Of a stretch of 64,000 nt of DNA, positions 53,601-64,000 are shown piece by piece. The DNA is taken from NCBI RefSeq assembly GCF_022539665.2, contig NC_081334.1:2728001-2792000 (forward strand), in the 5' to 3' direction. The DNA comes from Daphnia carinata (lineage: Eukaryota). Each line of letters starts with the position of its first letter. Position 1 is the first letter of the stretch. The translations under genes were made by a program, and so were the position numbers. The notes under the pieces are model-generated. The model was given only the letters and a program-made list of their open reading frames with translations. It was not told where the DNA came from and made no database searches.

Positions 53601-55505
53601 GGCATCGGGAACTGCTGTAACCCCTCAGCGTCCTCCGGTTAGTTCCAGTCCTGGACAAGTAGCATCAGGACCGAATCAGGTGCACCGTACTACACCAACT
53701 GCAAGCATTCGTCCAATGGCAATGACTACCCGCACGATGGCAGTGCCACCCACCTCAGTTGCGGTATCTCCTATGGCGCCACCGCCGATCGCTATCGCAC
53801 CCCCAAATCCCGTGGTCCCAACGACTCCCCCTGTGAACCAAGAAGAACCAGTTGCCGGACCGAGTTTCATTCATGGTGGTGACGAAGGTCCATCTTCGAG
53901 TGGTGAGGATCGGTCGAAAAAAAGGGCGCGTACTACAGAAGAATCGCCTTCCAATGAGGACACTAGTGTCAAGCGGACCCGGTTATCTGAGCAGACGGAA
54001 GAAGAAGTTGAAGTCATTGATTTACAAGAAGAGCCAGCCGAAGAATCTGCAGAAGACTATGCCACACGCACCGGCGAGATGGAGTTGGTGATCGAGTATG
54101 AAGAACAGCCGCAAGAGGATCATGAAGTGGAAGAGGAAGAGGTCGAAGAAGGTCTCATTGAGAGCGAGGAAGAAGAAATGGTTGAAACTGTCGATCCCGA
54201 AGAAGAGGATCAAGAAGAAGAATGTGACGAAATCGTTGTTGAAGAGCAGCGGGAAGATGTCGAAGAACCAACTCAACCTGAACAAGAGTCAGAAGCTGTA
54301 TTGACGATTACTGAAGAGGAAACAGTTTCGGTTACTGTCCAGGAACCTGTTGAGGAAGCTGTTGTTCAACAAGTCCCAGCGGAAGATGTCGAATCGGAAG
54401 CTTTTGTACCTGTTAATACCAATGAAGCTGCTTCTTCTGATGTGTCACAAGCCACCATTCGTCCACCGCCCAGAGAAGACCGTCTACCATCATTCGGTAG
54501 AAATACTTTAGCCTTTGAAGATGTAGGTGACGATGGCATCGTTCCCAGCACCCCCGTTCTCCTGCGACCACGAACAAACGATGGTTTTGCAGAAGCTGTG
54601 AGTTCACCTCAAGTCAATACGCGTTTCGTATTTGGAACTGTTCCCGAATTGTCGGCCGGAACTAGTCACAGCAATGCTCCATCCCATTTGGAATCGCAAG
54701 GTATGGAAGATACACGGATGGACTTGTCTCAACTTGAAGAGAATTCGGGTCGTAGTGTACCATCTACTCCGCTTCAAGTATCTCCGCATGATGAATTGCC
54801 AGCTGTTAATCAAGGAGAAGAAGCGTCAGTCGTTCCTGCAGGCAATACCGAAGAACAAGGAGATTTCGAGGGAGGTCCTGATTTGGAAGGAGACGCTGCC
54901 GCTGAAATTGACCTTCTCGGGGAAGACGATCAAGACACCGCGGACAATGAACAATCAACCAGCCAGGTGGGACAGGATCCAGTGCCTTCGACTACAACAG
55001 AAGATGATTCGTTGTCCGAAGCTTCGGAAGTTTCGAACATTCAATCAGCTGAAGGGTCTAGCCAACCGATGACGACACAAGCCTCACCGACATCTTCTAC
55101 GTCTTCCCCTAGTGCTCGGGGAGTTCTGACGTAAGTTGTACTGTATTATACTCTTTGTATAGTTGAGTGTAACATTCTCTTTCATGTAGTCGGCGAGCGT
55201 CAATGGCCGGTTTCCCACGCGGACGAGGAGTGAATCGGGAAGATTCACGATTATCGGCTGCACAAAACACTAATCGCCCTGTTCCCATCACCTGGACACC
55301 GAATCCAGCACAACCCGCGTACACTCCTAATCCTGCACGTGTTTTTCGACGAGTTCCCACTGCATCGACATCGCCAGCACCTGGCGCACCGGCGGTAATC
55401 ACGGAGCTAAGTGCTGTAGCCACGACCTCTCCAGTACCACCGGTTATGCGAGGACGTGGAGCAACACGTGGCCGGCCACGATCGAGAGCCCCAAGGCGAA
55501 TGTAA
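47626..55505 (+). CDS. TPR: Nucleoprotein TPR (Megator), nuclear basket coiled-coil protein
   Basis: EQQCFEL, MSPSAAAASRLLKSGMTLTQIY, ISRHLVTFRDVEELQQKNQ, AQEKYERELMQHAADVE, LVRFLRREKEIA, PPTANIKP, DDGIVPSTP, DGFAEAVSSPQV, GRSVPSTPLQ; acidic tail and RG-rich end. Confidence 0.95.
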
Positions 55506-56149
55506 ATCTAAATGTCGCCTTGTTTTCTATGAAATTGTGAGTCCCATTACGCGCCTGAGTTTTGCTATGTCTTTGTTCTTGTTTTCTCATTTAAGATTAA
55601 AATGATGCCCTCGACCTTTTAAGAGGAATTTTTAAATACACAGCCTATCAGTTCGTAAAAACAAAACGTTTTTCTCATTCCAACATTTGTAAAGAATCTG
55701 ATATGAATGACGTGTGCACTTGTCTAGTTTCAGCAGATTTCATAAATTTCTTTGGTATCATTATTTCTGCCATCCATGGAAAAATTATGAGAAACTAGAG
55801 TAACTGCTAATTGGTGGCAATAGTAAATCAACTGTTTGATTTACGAATCTTCATTTGTTTCTTGCGCGTGGTTCGTAACATGTGCGAAGAAAGTCTCGTT
55901 CTGTTTGAAAGAAGTCAAACCCAAGTAGGCTATGGTAATACCAAACTAAATCATCAACGTACTGCTCGTTCTTCTAGTTTCCTTTATAACAGTTAAATTT
56001 AATACTTGCTTAAAAAAACATGTTCCTCATTCTTTTGAGTAGACACTGTTAGACAAACATTGAGACTGGTGAACTTGGATCGTATAGAGACGTAGGACGC
56101 GAACGAGAGGTTCTATCAAGTAAAATAAGTTGTTTTTGTATTACAAGCC

Positions 56150-57945
56150 ATGACGAACGGTAAACTGCTTATTGGTTTACCAATAGCTATTGATTACTGG
56201 AAATTGCCTCGAAGTGATAGTAAATTCAAGGTTAGAAAATCAGTTAATATCTTTATGCCATTATATGTGCATAAATATTTTCATTAGACGTTCCTGTACT
56301 TCCTTACACATCTGCATACCGATCATACGCAAGGCTTAACAAGTACTTGGACGGAAACTATTTATACATCAAGTGTGAATCGTGACCTTGCTATATCAAT
56401 GCTCAATGTAAAACCTGAACTGATAGAACCTCTAGAGATCGGTGTAAGTCACATGCTGCCTTTACCAGCAGAACATGGTACAAGTGGTGAAAGCAAATGT
56501 ATCTCTGTTACCCTCATAGATGCTAACCATATCAAAGGATCTGTGATGTACCTGTTTGAAGGTAAGCCCTATACAAGAAAAGGCAAAGTAGTCTTTAATG
56601 TTGACTTCTTTAAACATACAGGGAGTTTTGGCCGTGTTTTGTACACAGGAGATTTTCGATGGTGTGAAGCAATGATGTCAGATCCTGTATTAAAAGATTT
56701 ATCAGAAAGCAAAGTACCTACCTAAAGAAAGAAAGCAATTAGCAAGTGTAAAGAATTCTTCTTGCTCTTTTGACAGGGCCTAAACCTGTTATACGTAGAC
56801 AATACGTTTGAATTTATCGGAAATGAGTTCCCTACGAGGGAGAATTGCATGACCGAGGTGCTACAGATAATGAGGTAAGTACGTCACCTATAGAAAATTG
56901 TAGCTCACGGCTATTCAAAATGTTTTTAATAATTCTGCAATAGAAAACATCCATACCATAGAATCATATTCGGATGCCAAACCATCGGCAAGGAAGATGT
57001 TTTGTTACGGGCCGCGTTAGAGCGCAAGGTATAAAACGAGGTTTTTCCGAACTTCTTTTCGTTAAGCTAGCAAATCAGCAAGTAACGATTTCTTTTTTGT
57101 GTGGTATAAAGGAAAAGGTCTATGTTCCAGAAACAATATTTTCCATCTATCGTATACTGAAAATGCCTTGCGATCATTTCACAACGGAGCAAGCAGATTC
57201 CGCACTTTGGTTTGAAAAGATGCATAAAATATCCCAGTTTAATCTGAAGAAAAAGAATGCTGACATGCCAACAATTGCGATCAAGTTGACAGCGTCAGGG
57301 TTATTTTACAAATCAGAAAAATTCAAAGACGATGAACTCATTTTTACTGTATCTTACAGTAATCATAGTTCAGCATCAGAATTGGCAAAATTTCTTGATT
57401 TTCTTCAGCCAGCTGTGGTTGAGCGTATCGTTTCAACTCATGGGAATAAATCAGGATGTTCCTCTGTCATCGACAGCTATGTGAGCAAAATGAAAGCAGC
57501 CGAAATGACGGACGACGTATCATCCGATTCAATGGAAATTAGTATTTTCGCTGGTCCGTCTTTCAAAAGCCAAGTTCCCGATTTCTTTTGCTCAGCAGTC
57601 AGCCGAATTCAGTCACCGCATGCCATAGCAGTTATGGAAACGGAAAATACGGCATTAAGTGAAGATATGGATGTAGAAGTGCCTCTTGAGCGTTTTTCTA
57701 TACTTAACGCTATAGAAAAGCCGCCGTTGGCTTCGGAACCGGAAAACCTGAACGTCATGGAGAAGGCAAATGAACTAATTGCCTCTATACTCTCAGATTT
57801 AGACCAGTTTCATGAAGATGATAATGAAGACTACATTTACTCCAGTGCATTTATCGAGAAACTGATGGCCTTAAACATGGTTTACGAGCCGGTTACAGGC
57901 ATCACAAGCTCATTTGATGCTTCTAAAAAAGATCCCCATATCTGA
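56150..57945 (+). CDS. DCLRE1B: 5' exonuclease Apollo / SNM1B (metallo-beta-lactamase, beta-CASP)
   Basis: MTNGKLLIGLPIAIDYW, FLTHLHTDHTQGLTSTW (HxHxDH), VTLIDANH..GSVMYLFEG, VLYTGDFR, LYVDNT, IGKE, VSYSNHSSASEL. Confidence 0.88.
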
Positions 57946-58497
57946 TTCAAGCCTGATACCGTGCATTTCCAACCCTCAAAGGAATAATTAATAAATTATT
58001 AACAAACATTTTTGTGTGAAAAACGGGTGCTTATCTGCAAGCTATTTCCACTTCAAAAGGAAGGCAATCGATCGGAGATTTCACCCAATTTCTATTAGCT
58101 ATTAAGCTAAACTTCTGAGGCAAGATTTCAAAATGGATGAAGGTAAATAAACCCTTTTTAGTCCCCATACTAAAAAAACATGCATGAAACATTTAGGAGC
58201 ATGAAGAGATTCTATTTTTATATTCGATTCATAGATAGTCCGTATTATCTTCGTAAGTTCTATATGAGTAAATAGTATGAGTTTTATTTGCATGTACTTT
58301 AGGTGGGTTTATCTGGGGAAAGAAAGAGTTATGGCTTAATTCCTTTTTATTTCTTTTTGCAGTCTACCTTTACGATGACCAGTTCACTTTATTCGCCGTT
58401 TTAGAGAAAACGGCAATAATGGACCTTTTGTTAACAGGTTTTTTTTTTTAAATCTTCAAGACATTGACGATTTTTTTTTTCCCCGTTTTGGTTTCTA

Positions 58498-59397
58498 TCA
58501 CATAACACTACAAAAAGCCATGCCATCAGCAAGCACTTCCTGCATCAACACGTGAGTCTCCATGGGAAACACGGCATCAGCACAATTATCGTCTTGTTCC
58601 TCTTCTTCGGAATTAAAGTATCTTGCCTGTAACGAAACAGAATAAGGAAGTTTGCTCATGTTGGTTTTCCCCACTCAAATTCAAGTACTGCAGACGATTT
58701 TCTCTGCTTTTGGAACTCACCTGACACTCACGACAGTTGCAGTACCCAATCGGCAGGTTGCTACCCATTGTTGGCAGATTCGGGCCGTTCTGGTCGTTGG
58801 GCCCATTCTGCGCCATAGCTTCATCATAAGTTGGTGGACATACCCCAGCCAAACGTGGTGTGTTGCTCTGTGACTGGTAATGCGAAAATTAATTTTACGT
58901 TATCAATTAGAAAACTATTTCATCTAACCTCTTTATCGTATGGAGGAGGCGGTGAACGAGGCATCAAAGAATGTAGATGTGGCAATGTGGACGATGCATC
59001 GGAAACCTCTTCCGAAACGGACGATTCAGGAGTGAAATTCACTCGTAAGCCAACCTGTTCTGGCGTCGGACTAATTATTGAATCCGTCTTGTTGAGCCGC
59101 GAGTTTCGTGTCTGATCCTCTGTCTCACTTCTCGTACGCCGAAAGAGCAATCGACGCATCCTACTACATCTCGAAGTGCCATCCGTTGTCGTATTCCCAG
59201 GCGAGCATTCGCCTTCAATTGATCATGGGTCCGTTCACATTTACGTTCGACGCCTTATTAAGTGCTTTAGTAGCTGACTACTCCGTACCTGTCGATGAAG
59301 TCATTACTTCATCCAATGATGCCGCCTGTGTTAGAAGAAAGCGTTCGCGAAATCGATTCTTCTTTTTATCTTTCAATTGTTCGGCAGCTGCGGCCAT
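58498..59397 (-). CDS. Uncharacterised ~225 aa protein with two PPxY motifs and a C-terminal CaaX box (4 coding exons)
   Basis: In-frame GT-AG splicing gives MAAAAEQLKDKKKNRFRERF...|GECSPG...SPPPPYDKE|...CPPTYDEAM...YCNCRECQ|ARYF...GMAFCSVM*. Strong start context (ATCATGG). Confidence 0.7.
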
Positions 59398-59940
59398 GAT
59401 TGTGTTCCCTGTACGATGCTTGCTACACCAACAACTAGTGAGATACTGTATTGAATGGCCAGGTTTCTCAGGAGTAGAGCGTTCGCTTTCCCAGCCTTTA
59501 TTTTGGCACTTGAAATGCGACTGCTCAGGTGCTGTTCAAGATGAAGTAGATCTGCGCAGATTCTTCAGCAAAACCTGGGGGGACAAGAGAAGAAGGAAGG
59601 AAGAGAGAACGTGAGAGAGGGAGAAAGACCCAGCACCCATCGGAATAATCAATATTGTGGTGAACGAGCTTGCTGTTCGACGCCTCCGTGTAACCCAAAG
59701 CTCTGTATACATAGAATCATGGTTTTGGGGTAGGGTTTTTTCCGACCTTTGTACCGATCTGTATGCATTAGACATTGTTAACTACTAATCGGTAAAAGCC
59801 AGGGGTAATGAAAACCGTTAGCGTTCCATTTGGATGAAAGTTAAATGCATTTCTATGCAAGCTGTACCAGGCAATGTATATGACTAACCGTTTAGTCCAG
59901 AATGTGTTTTTTTTTTTTAAGCAAAGAAATAAAGAATCCG

Positions 59941-59964
59941 TATATATATATATATATATATATA
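59941..59964. repeat. (TA)12 microsatellite
   Basis: Read directly. Confidence 0.9.
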
Positions 59965-61989
59965 ATTTTGAATTTACTTTGCAAGATATGTAAATCTTAA
60001 GTTGAATCCTAATTAACTTCCATTTTACGTTGTCTTTTTGTTTAGGGTCGACATTCGCACATGAACTTTATGAAGATGCCACCCATTTCTGTTTACGTAA
60101 AAATCTAATGAAGAATCCGATACTACACAGTGCGTGTAGAAAATATGTGCCAAATGGACTTTGGATACGAAAGATCAAGGAAACCCCATAGAGGTGTAAG
60201 TAATGAAAACAAAATCGATATTTTCCCTTACAATCTTGCCACGTATGATCGCAAAAAATCCAATGTGAATACCGTAGCGTGACAGATTGATATTGCTTTA
60301 AATCGTGCTCAATTCGAACTTAGAAATGTTTATTATTTCTAAGCTGTTTATGAACCCAGACTAACATTCAGATCGCACATTCGCTGAGAAAATCAATAAG
60401 TCATTGTGCTACAATTTGTGAACTTGACCGGATGAGTGAAACATTAGCGGAAAAAATAAATAATTTCAGACTTCATGAAATGGATTGAAGATGAAATAGT
60501 TTTTTTTTTTACCTTCAGCTTGTATGTTTTAAGTTTCCTAGCATTGAATGCTGTCGTTGGCGTTTGTAACTGGCAGCTACCGATTTGGAATGATACGTCG
60601 TAACATATCTTGCCATCCAGTCCTGTTTTCCCTGTCGATCGTGTTCTTCTCAGAAAAGATGCGCATGCGTTTCTAGTTGGTTTGTTTCAGAATAAACCTT
60701 GTTAAAAAGAGTCACCAGAAAATAATCCAAGAAAGGGTGCTGTATAGAAACAGGCATTTTATCTGCATATTTGATTACAACAATTCCTTGTTCCCAACTG
60801 ATAAATGAGAAAAGGCTTAAAAGGATAGAGCAGCAATATTAAACTTGGCAATCAACGAGCGCAGCATTGCCACACCAAAATATTTTCTAATTAGTGAAAT
60901 GATCTGTGGTGACTCATCAAATTCATATTCTTTGGTGAAAAAAAAGTAGTTTGAAAGTATTTAAATTGTCTGTTTAAGTTTTTGAGTTTCAGTAAAATGC
61001 AACATTGCTAAATGCCACCAAATCGAGAGTTAATGTCACGCATGGCCTACTATAGATGTCACATCACTGGTACTTAATAGTATTTTAGTTCCAAGATGGC
61101 GGGCAACGTGTTCAGAGCTTACGTGTCCAAGAACATTTTTAAGCCTACGCCACGCTCTTGATAATCACTATTACATATTTCTTCGAACTGTACTTTGAAT
61201 GTCAATGATAAGGTTCCAAGGTAGGCCAAAAAATCGTTAACAATACCAGTAATTGAAATTTTACAACTGAACATGTATGTCGCGACAATCTGGTATCGCA
61301 ATTTGTACGAGAAGCTTTTGAACGCTGGAAAGCCGAAGTCATTAAAAGACAGGGACGAACGTAACACAATTTAATTAATTATGTTACACTAATGACAATT
61401 GTTTCCACAGTGTTGTTTTCTTATTTTAGGTAACATACTGGCACACAAAAATCAGGAACACAAAAATCATCTAAGTTGCCTAAGCTAAACAGGAATTGGG
61501 AGTGAAGGGTGACACGGGTTGTAGTTTCTTGAAAACATTATTAATAACAGCAAGAAAATTTCCAAGTTTCAGGCTGTTCCAAGTTGTGCTGGAAACACCA
61601 TTTGTTGACACAATGGATCAATTGTTGTGTGCACTCTTTCACACAAGGTATGGCATTTCTTATTATAGCCACTAGCTATCTACATCGTTTATTTGTTAGC
61701 ATTTCTTGTAGTATTAAAGAAAAAACCCTCATTTTTCTTTCCTGAAGGAAGAGCATGATGATTAGGATTACCATTTCAACGAGAGTTTGCAACTTCAGAT
61801 CTCACAGCCGAAAAATAATAAGCCTCCATGATGGCTTGGTATTATACCAGTATTGGTACATATTCAACTCATGGTATTAGAAATTTAGACTTCCGTTTAT
61901 TAATGATTTGACGCCGAGACCCACTTTACTAGATGGTTGGCTGGTTATAACAAACCATGCTGCTGTGAATGGGAATTGGGACAAACTGG

Positions 61990-62216
61990 ATTTGCTGTGG
62001 AGGAAAAGCACACTAGATGGCGAGTAATGTGGATAAAAATCGCTACGCTAGATGGCGAATGCTGAGATTGGAAATCCCAGCTCTAAATGGTGGTTGGAAA
62101 CTCCAGTGGCGTTTCCTGTACTTGAAAAAATCCACATTAGATGGCGAGTGCTGTGGTTCGAAATCCCCACATAAAATGGCGATTGGTAGTTGGTATTCCT
62201 CTCACTAGATGGCGGA
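61990..62216 (+). promoter_or_regulatory. Degenerate ~33-35 bp tandem repeat carrying CTCF-like CACTAGATGGCG cores
   Basis: CACTAGATGGCG (62011, 62203), CGCTAGATGGCG (62046), CATTAGATGGCG (62135), CATAAAATGGCG (62170), CTCTAAATGGTG (62081), mostly preceded by TGCTGTGG-like sequence. Confidence 0.6.
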
Positions 62217-64000
62217 GAAAGTATTGTACTAGAGCATTACGGTACATTCCGGTGTCTGGGAACATCAGTGTACCGACGTCACTTACCCATGTCATGTAAT
62301 TGAATACGCTGCATTCGGGTACAAGATCTATTGGACCGTAACACGTGAAGTTCTACGGGTTTCTACAGTCATGAGTACTCATCGCATTCTTTAAACCCAA
62401 GTGTGCTAGTACAGTTTTCGTTTTAAACATCAGTTCTTTAACTGCGGTGGAAATGGGACTTCGGCGGTGGAACGTCGTTATCAAGATAAATAGTTAGAAG
62501 CGCTGTTTGAACTGTATGAATTAATATTATCCATAGGCAATCAGATGTCTAAAATTGAATTGATTCATATACATTTTATTATTAAGGCATTTTGTGCAAT
62601 AATAACATTCATTAAATAAAGATTCTTTTTCAGTGTTTTAGTATTGAGCAGCATTACAGGTAACGGGCAGTGGAGTGGCAAGACGTCGAATCTTCATCAT
62701 ATATGATGGGTGCAGTGGATAATCTTTTTTTTTTTACTTTGTACACTAATCATAACCTTCTTTTTATTTTACACTATGTTTCATATTTCAGCGATCAGGG
62801 ATAAGTCATTGCAAAAAAAATTTAAGTAAGGCATGATTAGGCATCTTTTTGTATACTGCAGATCCCAACATTATTGTTAAAGAAGAATAAGGTCTTTTAC
62901 ATTTCATTCCAGCTTGCTTTTTATCTATTACGTCATCGGGAGATATGTAACATGATAACATAACTTGGTTTGCCATTTTCGTTCAATTTCAGCATTCGAA
63001 GACAAGTCGCTGCAAAATATATTTGAGTAAGGGGCAAAGTAAGCTAAATTGTTTTCCTGAGTTCTACACCCACTTGTATTAATGTTCAAGTAGATTAACA
63101 TATTTTCACATTTTATTCCAGATTGCTGCTAGCTGATCAAAAAAGATGTTAAGTGATTACTTTTAATATTTTATTCATTGGTATTGGACCGAAACAATTG
63201 TGCAAAATCCTTTCTATGCAAATTCATTTTTGAAATGGTTTTACTTCATTTTCAAATGGTTACGCTCACATTTATTGTTCATGTGAGATGTTATATTTAC
63301 CAGTTAGGAACATCTACAACTATTGCAAGATGTTTATTTTAGGAATTACTACTGTTTTGTTTATCTGGAATGTTTTGTGGGAGTCCATCAGGAATTGTTG
63401 GTCTGTAGTAAATTTGTCAGGTATATGTTTACTTTCATCAGCAAAATATTCTGCACTAATTGTGTTTGGTTTTCTTGGTACAGGCTAGGTGATGAAGATT
63501 AATGAATCAGAAAAGGTTTTGCATGGGTGGTGAATGCTTTGACAGTTTTAACAGTTGCGATGTGATGTAAACACCCATCATGGTATTTTTGTCTATCAGT
63601 TGAATTTTATGGTTAATTTTCTGTTCGTGTAACCTCATTTCCTCTTGACTCATCTAGTAGAAGTTGGTGACCTGAAACAATGAACATGGAAAAATCACCT
63701 GTGCCCACGTTGACGATGGTACCTGTACTGAAGTGCTGGAAACTAAAATTAATTTTCTTTACAATTTGGTTTCAGGCTACCTTTATAATTTTTTAATACC
63801 TTTGCGCTTATTGATGAGTCCGCAAGCTCTTAGCTGATTTTCTCCTTTAGATACCCACTGTCGACGATTTGACAGCCTCACACAATTAAAGAACGTATGC
63901 CAAAAAGTAATTGATCCAATACAATGTATGCAATGTATACTAATATACACCATTCTGTGAACTCAAATCATGTATTTTCCTAGAAATATCTAGGTTTTTG

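Noticed and set aside
52248..55423. Antisense and alternative-frame ORFs inside TPR and other genes
   Set aside because: Shadow ORFs expected from long coding exons.
61755..61812. C/D snoRNA: ATGATGA followed by AGGATTACCAT, complementary to a conserved 28S rRNA segment
   Set aside because: No canonical CTGA D box or terminal stem, and the stretch reads like a decayed exon, so probably chance.
61990..62216. CRISPR-like repeat-spacer array
   Set aside because: Eukaryotic context, degenerate units with mutually related spacers, and no cas genes.

Overview
Eukaryotic genomic DNA: AT-rich, gene-dense, with mostly 55-80 nt GT-AG introns. It is most likely a cladoceran crustacean such as Daphnia (inferred from gene architecture and protein similarity, not proven). 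The first ~8 kb has no credible coding gene. Recognisable intron-containing genes follow: MARCH1/8-type E3 ligase (-), nucleoplasmin-domain FKBP (+), SEC11 (+), RPN2 (-), TMEM39 (+), FIG4 (-), RBM8A/Y14 (+), a divergent nicotinic-receptor-like subunit (+), RAD51C (+), BAG2 (+), beta-hexosaminidase (-), RBIS/C8orf59 (-), DENND1 (+), TPR (+), DCLRE1B/Apollo (+), and an uncharacterised PPxY/CaaX protein (-). Three things stand out. (1) The Cys-loop subunit carries an N-terminal extracellular FAMeT-like (Methyltransf_FA) domain, a split loop-C cysteine pair and a hydrophobic M2. (2) A ~7 kb repeat complex (28391-35439) is bounded by GGCAATCCGTTTT termini. It contains a ~5 kb diverged palindrome whose arms each carry a decayed multi-exon gene and a ~360 nt densely base-paired, pseudoknot-capable block, and whose spacer holds three tRNA-like units. 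(3) A tandem array of CTCF-like motifs lies near 62 kb. Exon boundaries were read by eye and gene spans run start to stop codon, introns included. No database search was run.
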